DNA of 64,000 nucleotides from an uncultured cyanobacterium (GTDB taxonomy: Bacteria; Cyanobacteriota; Cyanobacteriia; Cyanobacteriales; CAWUOF01): the NCBI GenBank assembly GCA_963744145.1, contig CAVUSO010000001.1:992001-1056000 (forward strand), given 5' to 3'. The notes under the pieces are model-generated. The model had not been told where the DNA came from, made no database searches, and saw only the letters and a list, made by a program, of their open reading frames with translations. The position numbers were made by a program, and so were the translations under genes. Below, piece after piece: positions 63,309-64,000 of the stretch (position 1 is the stretch's first letter; each line of letters starts with the position of its first letter).

Positions 63309-63890
63309 ATGCTGAAAGTCAGAAATTTTACACCAGTTTTAATCATGAGCTTGTATTTAGGTAATTATCCCCTTAGTAATAAGGTTGTTGCTGAAGTCCC
63401 GCTGCAAATAGCAGAATCAACCTGGAAAACATTTACTTCGACTGAGGATGGATTTAGTATATTAATGCCAATTATACCGACCTTACAAACTCGGGATCTG
63501 AAATTGAATAAATCTGTCATTACTTCTAAAGTATTTTCTGTCAATAATGAAGATGTGGTTTATGGGATTGAAGTTAGATATTACCCTGCCAAGGATAGTG
63601 AGATTACCATCGCTAATCCGAACGGATATTTTGATTTAATTTTATCGGAAATTGTTAGTAAGTATAATATTTTAAAACATCGACATAAGCTGACACTCAA
63701 TGGTTATCCTGGTCAAGAGTTTGAGGTAGAAATGACTACAGGTACAGAGATAAAGTTGCTGAAGAGAAGGATGTATTTGGTGAATAATAAAATGTATATA
63801 ATTGGGGCATATATGCCAATTGGAATGAGAATCAATTTGGCGACAAGTACCTCAGATTTTCTTAATTCATTTAAACTATTAGAGCAATAA
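63309..63890 (+). CDS. exported hypothetical protein
   Basis: Signal-like N-terminus; WKTFTS..GFSILMP...LNGYPGQE...FLNSFKL. Confidence 0.75.
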   Translation: MLKVRNFTPVLIMSLYLGNYPLSNKVVAEVPLQIAESTWKTFTSTEDGFSILMPIIPTLQTRDLKLNKSVITSKVFSVNNEDVVYGIEVRYYPAKDSEITIANPNGYFDLILSEIVSKYNILKHRHKLTLNGYPGQEFEVEMTTGTEIKLLKRRMYLVNNKMYIIGAYMPIGMRINLATSTSDFLNSFKLLEQ

Positions 63891-63926
63891 TTTACTGATA
63901 AAACCGTTAGCGATCGCCAGGTAAAA

Positions 63927-64000
63927 ATGAAAAACAGTTGGTTTATCACCATAGCGTTAATATTACTTACAATTCCCGTTAAAGCATCTGAAATTAGATG
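63927..64000 (+). CDS. partial secreted protein (runs off window)
   Basis: MKNSWFITIALILLTIPVKA, signal-peptide-like. Confidence 0.55.
   Translation, partial: MKNSWFITIALILLTIPVKASEIR

Overview
Cyanobacterial chromosome window: it carries psbA, abundant HIP1 GCGATCGC octamers, and the ffh-rpsP-khpA-phoH and holB genes. (1) 1-11.4 kb is a decaying accessory zone. It holds the end of a URC-type uracil cluster (URC4-like tail plus upp), collapsed NRPS, MFS and Hsp70 remnants, panD, two DUF29 paralogs with shared ends, an IS701 pseudogene, an intact IS1634 with a 6-bp TSD, a GC-rich foreign SDR gene with an AraC stub, and MITE/REP repeats. (2) 11.5-18.8 kb holds core genes plus a large PAS/GAF protein whose C-terminus looks like a divergent nucleotidyl cyclase. 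(3) 18.8-44.7 kb is a ~26-kb surface-glycan cluster with a full pseudaminic-acid pathway, an amidotransferase trio, methyltransferases, GT4s, a flippase and a candidate nonulosonate transferase. (4) 45-48.5 kb holds a DEDDy exonuclease with a duplicated C-terminal module and an SSB-like tail. Divergent from it is a three-gene operon (coiled-coil, unknown, HNH) whose last two proteins share a 14-residue motif; this is the best candidate for an undescribed system. (5) 48.6-64 kb holds psbA, a HIT gene, an unusual phosphatase-transporter-EF-hand fusion, pyrC-like, a tandem phosphatase with a likely CTG start, a CPBP protease, a Cu-ATPase, an HNH pair and holB. Several single-base frameshifts may be assembly errors. 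All family calls come from motif recognition, not database searches.
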